From a virus (taxonomy: Duplodnaviria; Caudoviricetes), in the IMG/VR virus record IMGVR_UViG_3300020056_001798, positions 1 to 56,640 of that record: a DNA stretch of 56,640 nt; one strand, given 5' to 3'. The notes beneath the pieces were generated by a model. The model searched no databases. It had not been told where the DNA came from and was given only the letters and a program-made list of their open reading frames with translations. Position 1 is the first letter of the stretch. Every line of letters starts with the position of its first letter. The translations under genes and the position numbers were made by a program. Positions 39,669 through 47,864 of this stretch are shown here, one piece after another.

Positions 39669-39921
39669 AGTAGTTGAAGTAACTTTTACAAAATTAAATG
39701 GTGACGAGCGTGTAATGCCTTGTACGTTAATTAAGAGTATGTTACCGCCTGCAAAGAAAGACGATCCTATGAGTCAGACAAAGATTCGCGAGATATCGGA
39801 TAAAGTAATTGCTGCGTGGGCAATCGAATCTAAAGGATTTCGTAGTTTTAGATATGATAGGGTTAAGTCTGTACGAGTTATGCAATACGGTAATGGCACA
39901 GAAGACTCTGCTAATTATTAG
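39559..39921 (+). CDS. WYL-like/SH3 beta-barrel protein
   Basis: VEVTFTKLNGDERVMPCTL...W..E.KGFRSFR.D. Confidence 0.75.
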   Translation: MTQNTEKAGSESSVSETIASLKGIPTKEDLLNLLKNEVVEVTFTKLNGDERVMPCTLIKSMLPPAKKDDPMSQTKIREISDKVIAAWAIESKGFRSFRYDRVKSVRVMQYGNGTEDSANY

Positions 39922-39974
39922 GTTGACTTTGGATAACTTTGATGCTATTGTATAATAAATATTAACTCAAGGAG

Positions 39975-40496
39975 ATGATTATGAAAAAACTATTTGCATC
40001 TATTGTAGTAATCGCAGGAATGGCATATACACTGCCAGCCTCGGCGCAAAGTTTGTACGCAGAAATTACTAGAGTAGAACCAAACTACACTACTGTATAT
40101 CAAAATATTCCACGCACCGAATGTAGAGATATAGAAGTTCCTATTTACGGAAATGTGCAAGGACAAGCCAGCACTGGCGATGCATTAGCAGGAGCCATTA
40201 TTGGTGGTGTTATTGGTAACCAATTTGGTGGTGGCGATGGAAAAAAAGCTGCAACTGTTCTTGGTGCAATTGTAGGTGCCGACATTGCTAACAAGCGTGG
40301 AAGTAACCAACAGGTTATTACAGGTTATAGAATCCAACAGCAATGTACTGAAACTATCGTTCGTGAGCAACAAACACAGTTGAAGAACTATACTATCTGG
40401 TATGAGTGGAATGGTGTTCAAGGGCGTAGCTATACTTACAATCAATACAATGTAGGTGATAGTGTTCCAATTTCTGTAAATATCAACGCTAACTAA
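39975..40496 (+). CDS. glycine-zipper 2TM envelope protein
   Basis: Signal peptide; GAIIGGVIGNQFGGGDGKKAATVLGAIVG. Confidence 0.85.
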   Translation: MIMKKLFASIVVIAGMAYTLPASAQSLYAEITRVEPNYTTVYQNIPRTECRDIEVPIYGNVQGQASTGDALAGAIIGGVIGNQFGGGDGKKAATVLGAIVGADIANKRGSNQQVITGYRIQQQCTETIVREQQTQLKNYTIWYEWNGVQGRSYTYNQYNVGDSVPISVNINAN

Positions 40497-40506
40497 GAGC
40501 TGCCAA

Positions 40507-41133
40507 TTGGACAACAATTTTACATATAGGCAGATCAATCTGGCGCCACCACAAATGGCAAACTGGATAGAAGAAAGAATTATCCATAATGGATTATGGG
40601 TATTCAATGAAGTAACTAGTAGTGTAGGTGAAAACGTTGATGCTAACGATCAAAACATTTTAGAAACACATCAATTTACAAACACCTACTTTACTCAAGA
40701 AGAAGGCCCCGGACATAACCTTTTTGGCGAAATTGCACAACCATTGTTGTGGATGCTAGAAAAAGAAACAGGTTTGGTAGTCGATGGTTTAGTTAGAATA
40801 AAAGCCAATTTATTAAATCAACATCCGGAATTTACAAAAGACAATTACCATATTCCACATATTGATCACGGAAGTAATCATTGTGTAAGTATGGTGTATT
40901 ATGTGAACGAAAGTGACGGCGATACAAGATTGTTTGATCATTATGTAGAGGATGGCCCTTTTGATATGAAAATGATACATTCGAACACTCCGAAAAAGGG
41001 TAATGCATTATTTTTTCAAAGTCATAGATTCCACGCAAGTAGTAATCCTGTGGATTCTAAATCAAGATGCATTATTAATTTTGTATTTTCTGTCACCCCA
41101 AACTCATTAGAACAGTTTTTAGCAAAAGGCTAG
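40507..41133 (+). CDS. 2OG-Fe(II) oxygenase
   Basis: PHID, YYVNESDGDT, HASS and R.IINF motifs. Confidence 0.85.
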   Translation: MDNNFTYRQINLAPPQMANWIEERIIHNGLWVFNEVTSSVGENVDANDQNILETHQFTNTYFTQEEGPGHNLFGEIAQPLLWMLEKETGLVVDGLVRIKANLLNQHPEFTKDNYHIPHIDHGSNHCVSMVYYVNESDGDTRLFDHYVEDGPFDMKMIHSNTPKKGNALFFQSHRFHASSNPVDSKSRCIINFVFSVTPNSLEQFLAKG

Positions 41134-41145
41134 GATAAGTAAAGT

Positions 41146-41220
41146 ATGAATACTTGTCCAGAATGTAAGACAGAGTTAGGACATAACGATTGGTGTCCTA
41201 ACTGTAAAGTAAGAAGATAA
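41146..41220 (+). CDS. 24-aa zinc-ribbon microprotein MNTCPECKTELGHNDWCPNCKVRR
   Basis: Two CPxC motifs; TAAGTA-4 nt-ATG. Confidence 0.6.
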   Translation: MNTCPECKTELGHNDWCPNCKVRR

Positions 41221-41221
41221 C

Positions 41222-41296
41222 GCCGGTTTAGCACAGTGGTAGTGCAACGGTTTTGTAAACCGTAGGTCGGGAGTTCGAATCTCTCAACCGGCACCA
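41222..41296 (+). tRNA. tRNA-Thr(UGU)
   Basis: Full cloverleaf, ACGGT-TTTGTAA-ACCGT anticodon arm, TTCGAAT loop, encoded CCA. Confidence 0.97.
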
Positions 41297-41337
41297 TTTT
41301 ATAAATACAGCATAGTCGGAAAACAGGAGCAAGCAAA

Positions 41338-41721
41338 ATGGCTTACTCAGACAAAGTAATCGATCACTATGAAAATCCAAGAAATGTAGGCAAGTGGGAT
41401 CCAGACACCGACGGTGTAGGTACTGGTATGGTAGGCGCACCTGCTTGCGGTGATGTGATGCGACTGCAAATTAAAGTAAACGATGATGGTATAATTGAAG
41501 ATGCAAAATTTAAAACTTATGGTTGTGGTAGTGCTATTGCTAGTTCTAGTCTTCTTACCGAATGGGTCAAAGGAAAAAGTCTTGAAGACGCCGGGCGTAT
41601 CCGTAATACAGAAATAGCTCAAGAGCTTGCATTACCTCCAGTAAAAATACATTGTTCTGTTCTAGCAGAAGATGCAATCAAAGCAGCTATAAATGATTAC
41701 AAAGACAAACACAGTAAATAA
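41338..41721 (+). CDS. iscU: Fe-S cluster scaffold IscU
   Basis: YSDKVIDHYENPRNVG, APACGDVM, GCGSAIASS and LPPVKIHCS. Confidence 0.97.
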   Translation: MAYSDKVIDHYENPRNVGKWDPDTDGVGTGMVGAPACGDVMRLQIKVNDDGIIEDAKFKTYGCGSAIASSSLLTEWVKGKSLEDAGRIRNTEIAQELALPPVKIHCSVLAEDAIKAAINDYKDKHSK

Positions 41722-41731
41722 ATACTTTACA

Positions 41732-41896
41732 ATGTTTAAAGCAGTCAAGGAAATTATTTGGCACTTAACTTGCAGTAGTTGCAAAGGCTACTTTACTTTT
41801 GCAACGATGGAAGACAAATATTGTATAGATAGAGCAACCTTCCATTGTCCACATTGCGGAACTAAAGCAAAATGTGAAAAAGTGGTTGACAAATAA
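41732..41896 (+). CDS. small zinc-ribbon protein
   Basis: MFKAVKE start; CSSC and CPHC. Confidence 0.7.
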   Translation: MFKAVKEIIWHLTCSSCKGYFTFATMEDKYCIDRATFHCPHCGTKAKCEKVVDK

Positions 41897-41914
41897 ATAC
41901 AAAGAAGTTATAGT
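41886..41914 (+). promoter_or_regulatory. sigma70 promoter of the leader-tRNA unit
   Basis: TTGACA-17 nt-TATAGT. Confidence 0.85.
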
Positions 41915-41943
41915 AAGTATATAAACTAAGAAGGAATAGATAC

Positions 41944-42006
41944 GTGATTAAGACTAACACAACAAATATTACTTGTTGGCCTCCGAAAGAAAGGGGTATG
42001 TCTTAA
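41944..42006 (+). CDS. putative attenuator leader peptide MIKTNTTNITCWPPKERGMS
   Basis: SD AAGGA 8 nt before GTG; TGT-TGG at 41974-41979. Confidence 0.75.
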   Translation: MIKTNTTNITCWPPKERGMS

Positions 42007-42035
42007 CACGACTTTTGAAAAAAGTTATTTTAGAT

Positions 42036-42069
42036 AAGCCCCTAGCATTAAGTTGTTAGGGGCTTTTTT
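42036..42069 (+). terminator. attenuator intrinsic terminator
   Basis: 12-bp stem AAGCCCCTAGCA/TGTTAGGGGCTT with a T6 tract ending 1 nt before tRNA-Trp. Confidence 0.88.
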
Positions 42070-42143
42070 ATGGGTGTGGTGTAATGGTAACACGTCAGTC
42101 TCCAAAACTGAAAATAGGGGTTCGATTCCCTTCACCTATGCCA
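42070..42143 (+). tRNA. tRNA-Trp(CCA)
   Basis: ATGGGTG/CACCTAT acceptor stem, G73, CCA; anticodon arm TCAGT-CTCCAAA-ACTGA. Confidence 0.95.
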
Positions 42144-42148
42144 ATTTT

Positions 42149-42222
42149 GTGAGCGTGGCGGAATGGTTACGCAGAGGATTGCAAATCCTTGTATGTGAGT
42201 TCGATTCTCACCGCTCACTCCA
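42149..42222 (+). tRNA. tRNA-Cys(GCA)
   Basis: GTGAGCG/CGCTCAC acceptor stem, U73, CCA; anticodon loop TTGCAAA. Confidence 0.96.
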
Positions 42223-42320
42223 CTAAGTTGTTGATTTTGTTACAAATCATAATGGTTGACACAATAGCAAATCCTTGCTATAATATATACATAAATTAGG
42301 CAAATACATAGGCACAAAAG

Positions 42321-42839
42321 ATGGCAAATACTTGGGTAATAAGCGATACACACTTCAACCACGCTGGTATCCTTACGTTCAAAGATTATGCAGGTAAGCC
42401 CCCAAGGGTTTTTGATTCTGTAGAGCAAATGAACGAGTGTATGCTTGATAACTGGGCGAGTGTTGTTAAATCAGGTGATACAGTTATCCACTGCGGTGAT
42501 GTTCTTTTTGGTATGGACAAGGTTGAGTGGTTAGAAGCAAACTTTGCTAAACTGCCTGGCAAGAAAAGACTTGTGCTAGGTAACCACGATAACGTAAAGT
42601 TCCTTGCTCCGTTCTTCAAAGACATTCAGCTTTGGATTGACACTATTCCAGGCTTGATTTTTACACACACTCCTTTGCACCCAACTACACTTGCCGAAAG
42701 GCACAGATGGGGCGATGAGCCAATGTTGAATGTACACGGACACATCCACAGCAATCCTTCACCAGAAGGTCCGTTCAAATGTGTTTGTGTAGAGCAAATC
42801 AATTTTACACCAATCAACGTTGAGGAGTTGACAGTATGA
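42321..42839 (+). CDS. calcineurin-like metallophosphoesterase
   Basis: SDTHF, GD, GNHD, TH.P and HGHIH motifs. Confidence 0.9.
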   Translation: MANTWVISDTHFNHAGILTFKDYAGKPPRVFDSVEQMNECMLDNWASVVKSGDTVIHCGDVLFGMDKVEWLEANFAKLPGKKRLVLGNHDNVKFLAPFFKDIQLWIDTIPGLIFTHTPLHPTTLAERHRWGDEPMLNVHGHIHSNPSPEGPFKCVCVEQINFTPINVEELTV

Positions 42840-43084
42840 GTAAGTATAAACAAAAGTACTTGAAACCCTCAGCGTTTGATCCAAAAGGACATTGGATGGT
42901 CGGCATCGTATGGCCCGTTGAAGGTTCAAAGGGTAATACATACGGTGTCGAACTTCACGACCAAGGTTTTGAATGTGAGTGTACTGGTTTTTCTTTTCAC
43001 GGTAAATGTAAACATTCTACAGCAGTAGATAAGCAAATTAAGGAGGCAATAAATGGCCAAGTTCCAGAATACGAATGGGTATAG
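42836..43084 (+). CDS. SWIM zinc-finger protein
   Basis: GSKGNTY.V...CEC.GF...CKH. Confidence 0.8.
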   Translation: MSKYKQKYLKPSAFDPKGHWMVGIVWPVEGSKGNTYGVELHDQGFECECTGFSFHGKCKHSTAVDKQIKEAINGQVPEYEWV

Positions 43085-43250
43085 TTTTTCTTGGACGCAA
43101 GATTACACAGGATGGACTGTCCCACAAATTTATTATCATCAAGTAAATATGGATAATGAACTTGCAAGGTTAGATTTTATTGAACAGCAGGTTCAGGAAA
43201 TGGAAAGCTTTCCTGAAGTAGAAGCATTGCTCGAAAGGATAATGAAATGA
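43053..43250 (+). CDS. hypothetical protein
   Basis: SD AGGAGG; coupled to the ligase gene. Confidence 0.6.
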   Translation: MAKFQNTNGYSFSWTQDYTGWTVPQIYYHQVNMDNELARLDFIEQQVQEMESFPEVEALLERIMK

Positions 43251-44548
43251 GAACTCAGCCACAAAACATAATTGCGCAGCTTGAAGCAGACAATAGTCGT
43301 CTTGCAAAAGAAGCAATCTTATTAGAAGCAAAAGATCAAGAACTTTCGGAGTTTTTTGAAGGTCTTACAATGGCCCTTGATCCACTTGTAACATTTGGTG
43401 TTAAACAGGTTCCAGAAGCAACTGTTGATGGACAAGGACTTGCGTGGCCAGTATTTAAGGAATTAACACGTAAACTCATCAACCGCAGTCTTACAGGACA
43501 CGCTGCTCGTGATGCCATTATTCTTTGTAAAGATCTTGCTACTGTATCACAATGGAACGATTGGTACCGCCGTATCCTTATTAAGGACCTACGTTGCGGT
43601 GTAAGTGAAAAGACTGTAAACAAAGTTGCTCCAGGTACAGTGCCTGTGTTCACTTGCGCTCTTGCACACGACTCAGCCAAGCACGAAAAGAAAATGACGG
43701 GTCAAAAGCAGATTGAAATTAAACTGGATGGTGTTCGTGTTATTACAGTTATTCAAGGCAACAAGGTAGAGATGTTTTCACGTAATGGAAAACAGTTTCA
43801 CAACTTCGGACACATCATTGCAGAGATTGAGCAAGTAATTGCTGAGAAGCCTGTTCCGTATGATCTTGTTCTAGACGGCGAAGTAATGAGTGCTAACTTC
43901 CAAGATCTTATGAAGCAAGTGCATCGCAAAGATAATGTAGAAGCAAATGACGCTGTATTACATTTGTTTGATATAGTTCCTCTAGAAAACTTCCAACAAG
44001 GTGTATGGGACAAACCACAACACGTTAGAAGTCAATATGTTAGCGTATGGGTGGAGCAAAATAAAGACGTCTTAGAGCACGTACAAGCACTAGATTGGGA
44101 AGATGTAGACTTAGACACAGCCGAAGGACAAACACGCTTTACAGAGCTTAATAAAGCGGCTGTAGACGGTGGTTACGAGGGTGTTATGATTAAGGATATT
44201 GATGCACCATACGAATGTAAGCGTACACACGCTTGGTTAAAAGCAAAGCCATTTATTGAAGTAACATTGGAGGTAAAAGAAATTGAAGAAGGTACTGGTC
44301 GCAACGAAGGGCGCCTTGGAGCGTTTGTATGCGAAGGAGTCGACGACGACAGACATATTTCTGTTAATGTCGGTAGTGGTTTCACTGATGCTAATCGTGA
44401 TGATTTCTGGAGTGGTCGTGACAGCATTATCGGAAATCTTGTAGAGGTAAGAGCAGATGCTGTTACAAAAAATCAAGATGGTACTTATTCGTTACGGTTT
44501 CCTCGATTCAAAACCTTCCGTGGATTTGCGGTACACGAAAAGTTATAA
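43247..44548 (+). CDS. ATP-dependent DNA ligase
   Basis: KLDGVR, SRNGK, LDGE, EGVMIK, WLKAK, VGSG and SLRFPRF. Confidence 0.96.
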   Translation: MRTQPQNIIAQLEADNSRLAKEAILLEAKDQELSEFFEGLTMALDPLVTFGVKQVPEATVDGQGLAWPVFKELTRKLINRSLTGHAARDAIILCKDLATVSQWNDWYRRILIKDLRCGVSEKTVNKVAPGTVPVFTCALAHDSAKHEKKMTGQKQIEIKLDGVRVITVIQGNKVEMFSRNGKQFHNFGHIIAEIEQVIAEKPVPYDLVLDGEVMSANFQDLMKQVHRKDNVEANDAVLHLFDIVPLENFQQGVWDKPQHVRSQYVSVWVEQNKDVLEHVQALDWEDVDLDTAEGQTRFTELNKAAVDGGYEGVMIKDIDAPYECKRTHAWLKAKPFIEVTLEVKEIEEGTGRNEGRLGAFVCEGVDDDRHISVNVGSGFTDANRDDFWSGRDSIIGNLVEVRADAVTKNQDGTYSLRFPRFKTFRGFAVHEKL

Positions 44549-44583
44549 GTATGAAAACCCACGCTGTATCTGGGACTTAGAAA

Positions 44584-45000
44584 ATGAAGGTTAGAATTGG
44601 CCCATATAGAAAGAACAGGGCAGAACGGATTGAAATAGAGCCGTTTGACACTTGGAGTATGGATTATACACTTGCTATGATTGTGTTACCTATGCTTCAG
44701 CAATTACAAAAAACAAAACACGGTTCTCCTAGTGTAGATGATGAAGATGTACCAGAAGAACTACGTTCAACTTCTGCCCCTGCCAAAGAGAATGAGTGGG
44801 ACACTGACGAGAATTGGCACAAGCGTTGGGATTGGGTGTTGGACGAAATGATCTATGCATTTGATTCAAAAGTAAACAAGGACGAAGTGTATATGCGTTT
44901 CGATATAGCAACAGAAAGAGACGCAATGGAAAAAGAACAAGAACGTATCTCTAACGGTTTTAGGCTATTTGGAAAATACTACGAAGGTCTTTGGGACTAA
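44584..45000 (+). CDS. conserved hypothetical phage protein
   Basis: DTWSMD.TLA, WDWVLDEMI and GFRLFGKYY..LWD. Confidence 0.75.
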   Translation: MKVRIGPYRKNRAERIEIEPFDTWSMDYTLAMIVLPMLQQLQKTKHGSPSVDDEDVPEELRSTSAPAKENEWDTDENWHKRWDWVLDEMIYAFDSKVNKDEVYMRFDIATERDAMEKEQERISNGFRLFGKYYEGLWD

Positions 45001-45407
45001 TGTCTAGAATCACACAAATGTTGACTCGCCTTGCGATTGAATCAGGCGGCTATGGACAACGTGTTCCTATGGCTGCCGGTATCGTGTACAAGCGACATCT
45101 TATTGCAACAGGTGTAAACCAGCCTAAAACACACCCTTTAATGCTTACACAAGGTTATCGTAACGATCAGCGTTTTAGACACGCTGAAGTAGACGCAATA
45201 CGAAGCGCACTACGCTTGATTACAGCAGAGCAGCTCAAACAGTGCGAGCTACACATAGTACGTGTTAAACGACCTTATACGTGGTCTAAGACGTGGGTAC
45301 ACGGGCTTGCTAAACCTTGTGTAGGTTGCGCAAATGTAATTGAGAATTACGGCATCGAAAAAGTATTTTGGACCAAAGATGAATCAAAAGAACTTGACTT
45401 TTCTTAA
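45000..45407 (+). CDS. cytidine/dCMP deaminase-family protein
   Basis: HAE and PCVGC zinc motifs. Confidence 0.82.
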   Translation: MSRITQMLTRLAIESGGYGQRVPMAAGIVYKRHLIATGVNQPKTHPLMLTQGYRNDQRFRHAEVDAIRSALRLITAEQLKQCELHIVRVKRPYTWSKTWVHGLAKPCVGCANVIENYGIEKVFWTKDESKELDFS

Positions 45408-45450
45408 TGATACATATATACTTAAATAAAATTACATCCAGGAGATTCAA

Positions 45451-46728
45451 ATGGCACTGCCGAAAACTAGGAAAAAGAAAGCACGAGCACCTGTCCGACG
45501 CAAAACAGGACAACATACATTTAGCTTTGATGGCTGGGAAAATTGGGACGGGCAAAAGTTCCATAGGTTTGTGCAAGGTGCAAGACAGGAATTATATCAA
45601 GAATATAAGGCTACAGATCTTGCAGCCGACATCTTCAATTGGATGAAAGATAATGGCTATGAGAAAAAAGACATAGCATCAGCAAAGAAAGCACCAGGTA
45701 CAAATCATACTCTTGCTATTAGTTGTAAGTTGCTGAATCTAGGTATGCCCGATTTTAATCCTAAAGAAGCTGAGTACTGGGAAAGTCTTCCTGGTACAAT
45801 GGGGAAGTTACGGCCCACCACCGATTGGGTAAAAACTAAGATTGCTGAAATGATACAATCAGGAAGTAAGGTTGTAGAAGAAAAGAAAGCAGAAGAAGAA
45901 ACAAAACAGAAAGTTTATGTTCCTTCTATTCAAGAACGTATTAGAGATCAGTCTTATGATATTGTTGAAGACATAGATACTTGGTTAGAAGACTGGATTA
46001 TTGATCCTAATAGTTTTGATCCTAAAGGGTTTGATGTAAAAAGGCATTTCACCAAAATGTCAACTAGCCAGGCACACGCACGTAAAATAAAATCTTTTTA
46101 TGAAGACGCTCTCACTGACTATGATGATCTAGAAAGAATGCCAACAAAAGGTCAATTGGCAAAAATGAGCGAAACAGATGCAGATCAATGGGAACAACTC
46201 AAAGAAGGATATGCACATATTAAAAAAGCAGATATTAAGAAGTATCGAGCTGCTATTGAAGAAGTGCGCTCTGCACTAGACTTCATTATTGATCAGGCAA
46301 AAGCAAACCGTAAACCGCGAAAAGCAAAACCACGTAGTGCAGACAAGGTTGTTGCTAAACTTAAATTCTGTAAAGCAGATCCAAAGTACAACCTAGCAAG
46401 TGTCAATCCTGTGGATGTTGTAGGTGCAAATGAGCTTTGGGTATTTAATGTTAAGACACGTAAACTTGGAAAGTATGTAGCAAGTAATATTGATCCTAAA
46501 GGACTAGCTAGGGATGGTACAGGGCTTAGTGTTAAAGGCACTACTATTATAGGTTTTGATGAAAACGCAAGCATACAAAAAACACTCAGGAAGCCTGTAG
46601 ATCAGCTAAAAGAGTTTAAGTCAGCTGGTAAAGTTGCTTTGCGTAAATTTATGGATGAAATTAAAACCACAGATACTAAATTAAATGGTAGATGTAATCT
46701 AGATACTATACTTCTAAAGGTAAGCTGA
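45451..46728 (+). CDS. hypothetical phage protein
   Basis: 425 aa; promoter at 45394 and SD AGGAG. Confidence 0.75.
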   Translation: MALPKTRKKKARAPVRRKTGQHTFSFDGWENWDGQKFHRFVQGARQELYQEYKATDLAADIFNWMKDNGYEKKDIASAKKAPGTNHTLAISCKLLNLGMPDFNPKEAEYWESLPGTMGKLRPTTDWVKTKIAEMIQSGSKVVEEKKAEEETKQKVYVPSIQERIRDQSYDIVEDIDTWLEDWIIDPNSFDPKGFDVKRHFTKMSTSQAHARKIKSFYEDALTDYDDLERMPTKGQLAKMSETDADQWEQLKEGYAHIKKADIKKYRAAIEEVRSALDFIIDQAKANRKPRKAKPRSADKVVAKLKFCKADPKYNLASVNPVDVVGANELWVFNVKTRKLGKYVASNIDPKGLARDGTGLSVKGTTIIGFDENASIQKTLRKPVDQLKEFKSAGKVALRKFMDEIKTTDTKLNGRCNLDTILLKVS

Positions 46729-46761
46729 TAAATACAGTTGTAATCAGATTAGGATTAGATA

Positions 46762-47856
46762 ATGGATGATTTAAGACAAGGGTTGGAGCAAATTGTAAAT
46801 GCTATAGAAGAAGTAGCAAATAAACCTGCGCCTAAACAAAAATTTATAACAAATGAGCTTAGTGGTGATATCATCCACGGCGGCACTATTACAAATTTTA
46901 ATAGTACCGGCATTGCTGATCAATCTACAAAAAGAGTTATGCTTGTAAGTGATGCAGGTGTGACTACAGATAATTTAAGTGTTTCTAACGTAAAAACTGA
47001 AGTTACTTTTGAAAAGAATGTTGTAGTTGACGGATTGCTTACTGTAGGTAAGCTACACGTAGATGAACTAAGTGCTGATGTAAGAAATGAACGCAGTAGT
47101 TCTTTAGAGTTTACCGATGATAATGTCGTTGGTAAAGGACTTGTATGGAGAGTAGAAGATGAAAGTTCTAAACAACTTACATACAAAATAAATCCAAATC
47201 GTATCCATTCTACAGAAACATTTGACTTAGACAAAAATGCTGTTTATTCTATTGGTAATGCTACTGTATTGACTCAAACTGAATTAGGTTCAAGCGTCAG
47301 AACAAGTAGTTTGACAAGAGTCGGCACATTACAGGATTTGCATACACACGGCAATCTTACTATAGATGAATTTATTTTTTACGATACAGACAGTCAAAGA
47401 CTAGGCATAGGCACTGATGCACCTAATGCAAATCTTAGTCTTACAAGCTATGACACAGAATTTATTGTTGATGTAGAGAGTAACAGTACTAAATTAGGAA
47501 ACTGGACGAATAACGATTTAGAAATTGTTACAGATGATACTGCAAGAATTACTATTAAATCAAACGGAAACATAGAAGTAGGTTCCAAAGGCAACTCCAA
47601 CGCAAGATTAAATGTTTTTGGAAAACTAGGTGTAGGTATAAACAATGTACCTGATGATGTAGATTTAAGTGTGAGCAACTCTGTAGAAATAGCAGGCCAT
47701 AAAATATTCTATACCGATACAATTCCTTTTAACGGGTCATATAGGCAAGGAGATATTGCATATAATACAAATCCTCAACCAACAGGATACGTTGGGTGGG
47801 TATGTACTAGAGACGGAACACCTGGTGAATGGAAAGCATTTGGCAAAATTAGCTAG
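46762..47856 (+). CDS. virion/tail-associated beta-rich protein
   Basis: TAAATA upstream; SSLTRVGTL, RLGIGT..P and GWVC...GTPGEW fibre-type motifs. Confidence 0.7.
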   Translation: MDDLRQGLEQIVNAIEEVANKPAPKQKFITNELSGDIIHGGTITNFNSTGIADQSTKRVMLVSDAGVTTDNLSVSNVKTEVTFEKNVVVDGLLTVGKLHVDELSADVRNERSSSLEFTDDNVVGKGLVWRVEDESSKQLTYKINPNRIHSTETFDLDKNAVYSIGNATVLTQTELGSSVRTSSLTRVGTLQDLHTHGNLTIDEFIFYDTDSQRLGIGTDAPNANLSLTSYDTEFIVDVESNSTKLGNWTNNDLEIVTDDTARITIKSNGNIEVGSKGNSNARLNVFGKLGVGINNVPDDVDLSVSNSVEIAGHKIFYTDTIPFNGSYRQGDIAYNTNPQPTGYVGWVCTRDGTPGEWKAFGKIS

Positions 47857-47864
47857 GACTAGCG

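Noticed and set aside
41130-41440. Minus-strand ORFs (MVPVERFELPTYGLQNRCTT...)
   Set aside because: This is the typical reverse-strand translation of a tRNA gene (tRNA-Thr).
41915-42069. T-box riboswitch as the explanation for the terminator before the tRNAs
   Set aside because: There is no UGGNACC T-box bulge or long stem I; a translated leader with alternative helices fits better.
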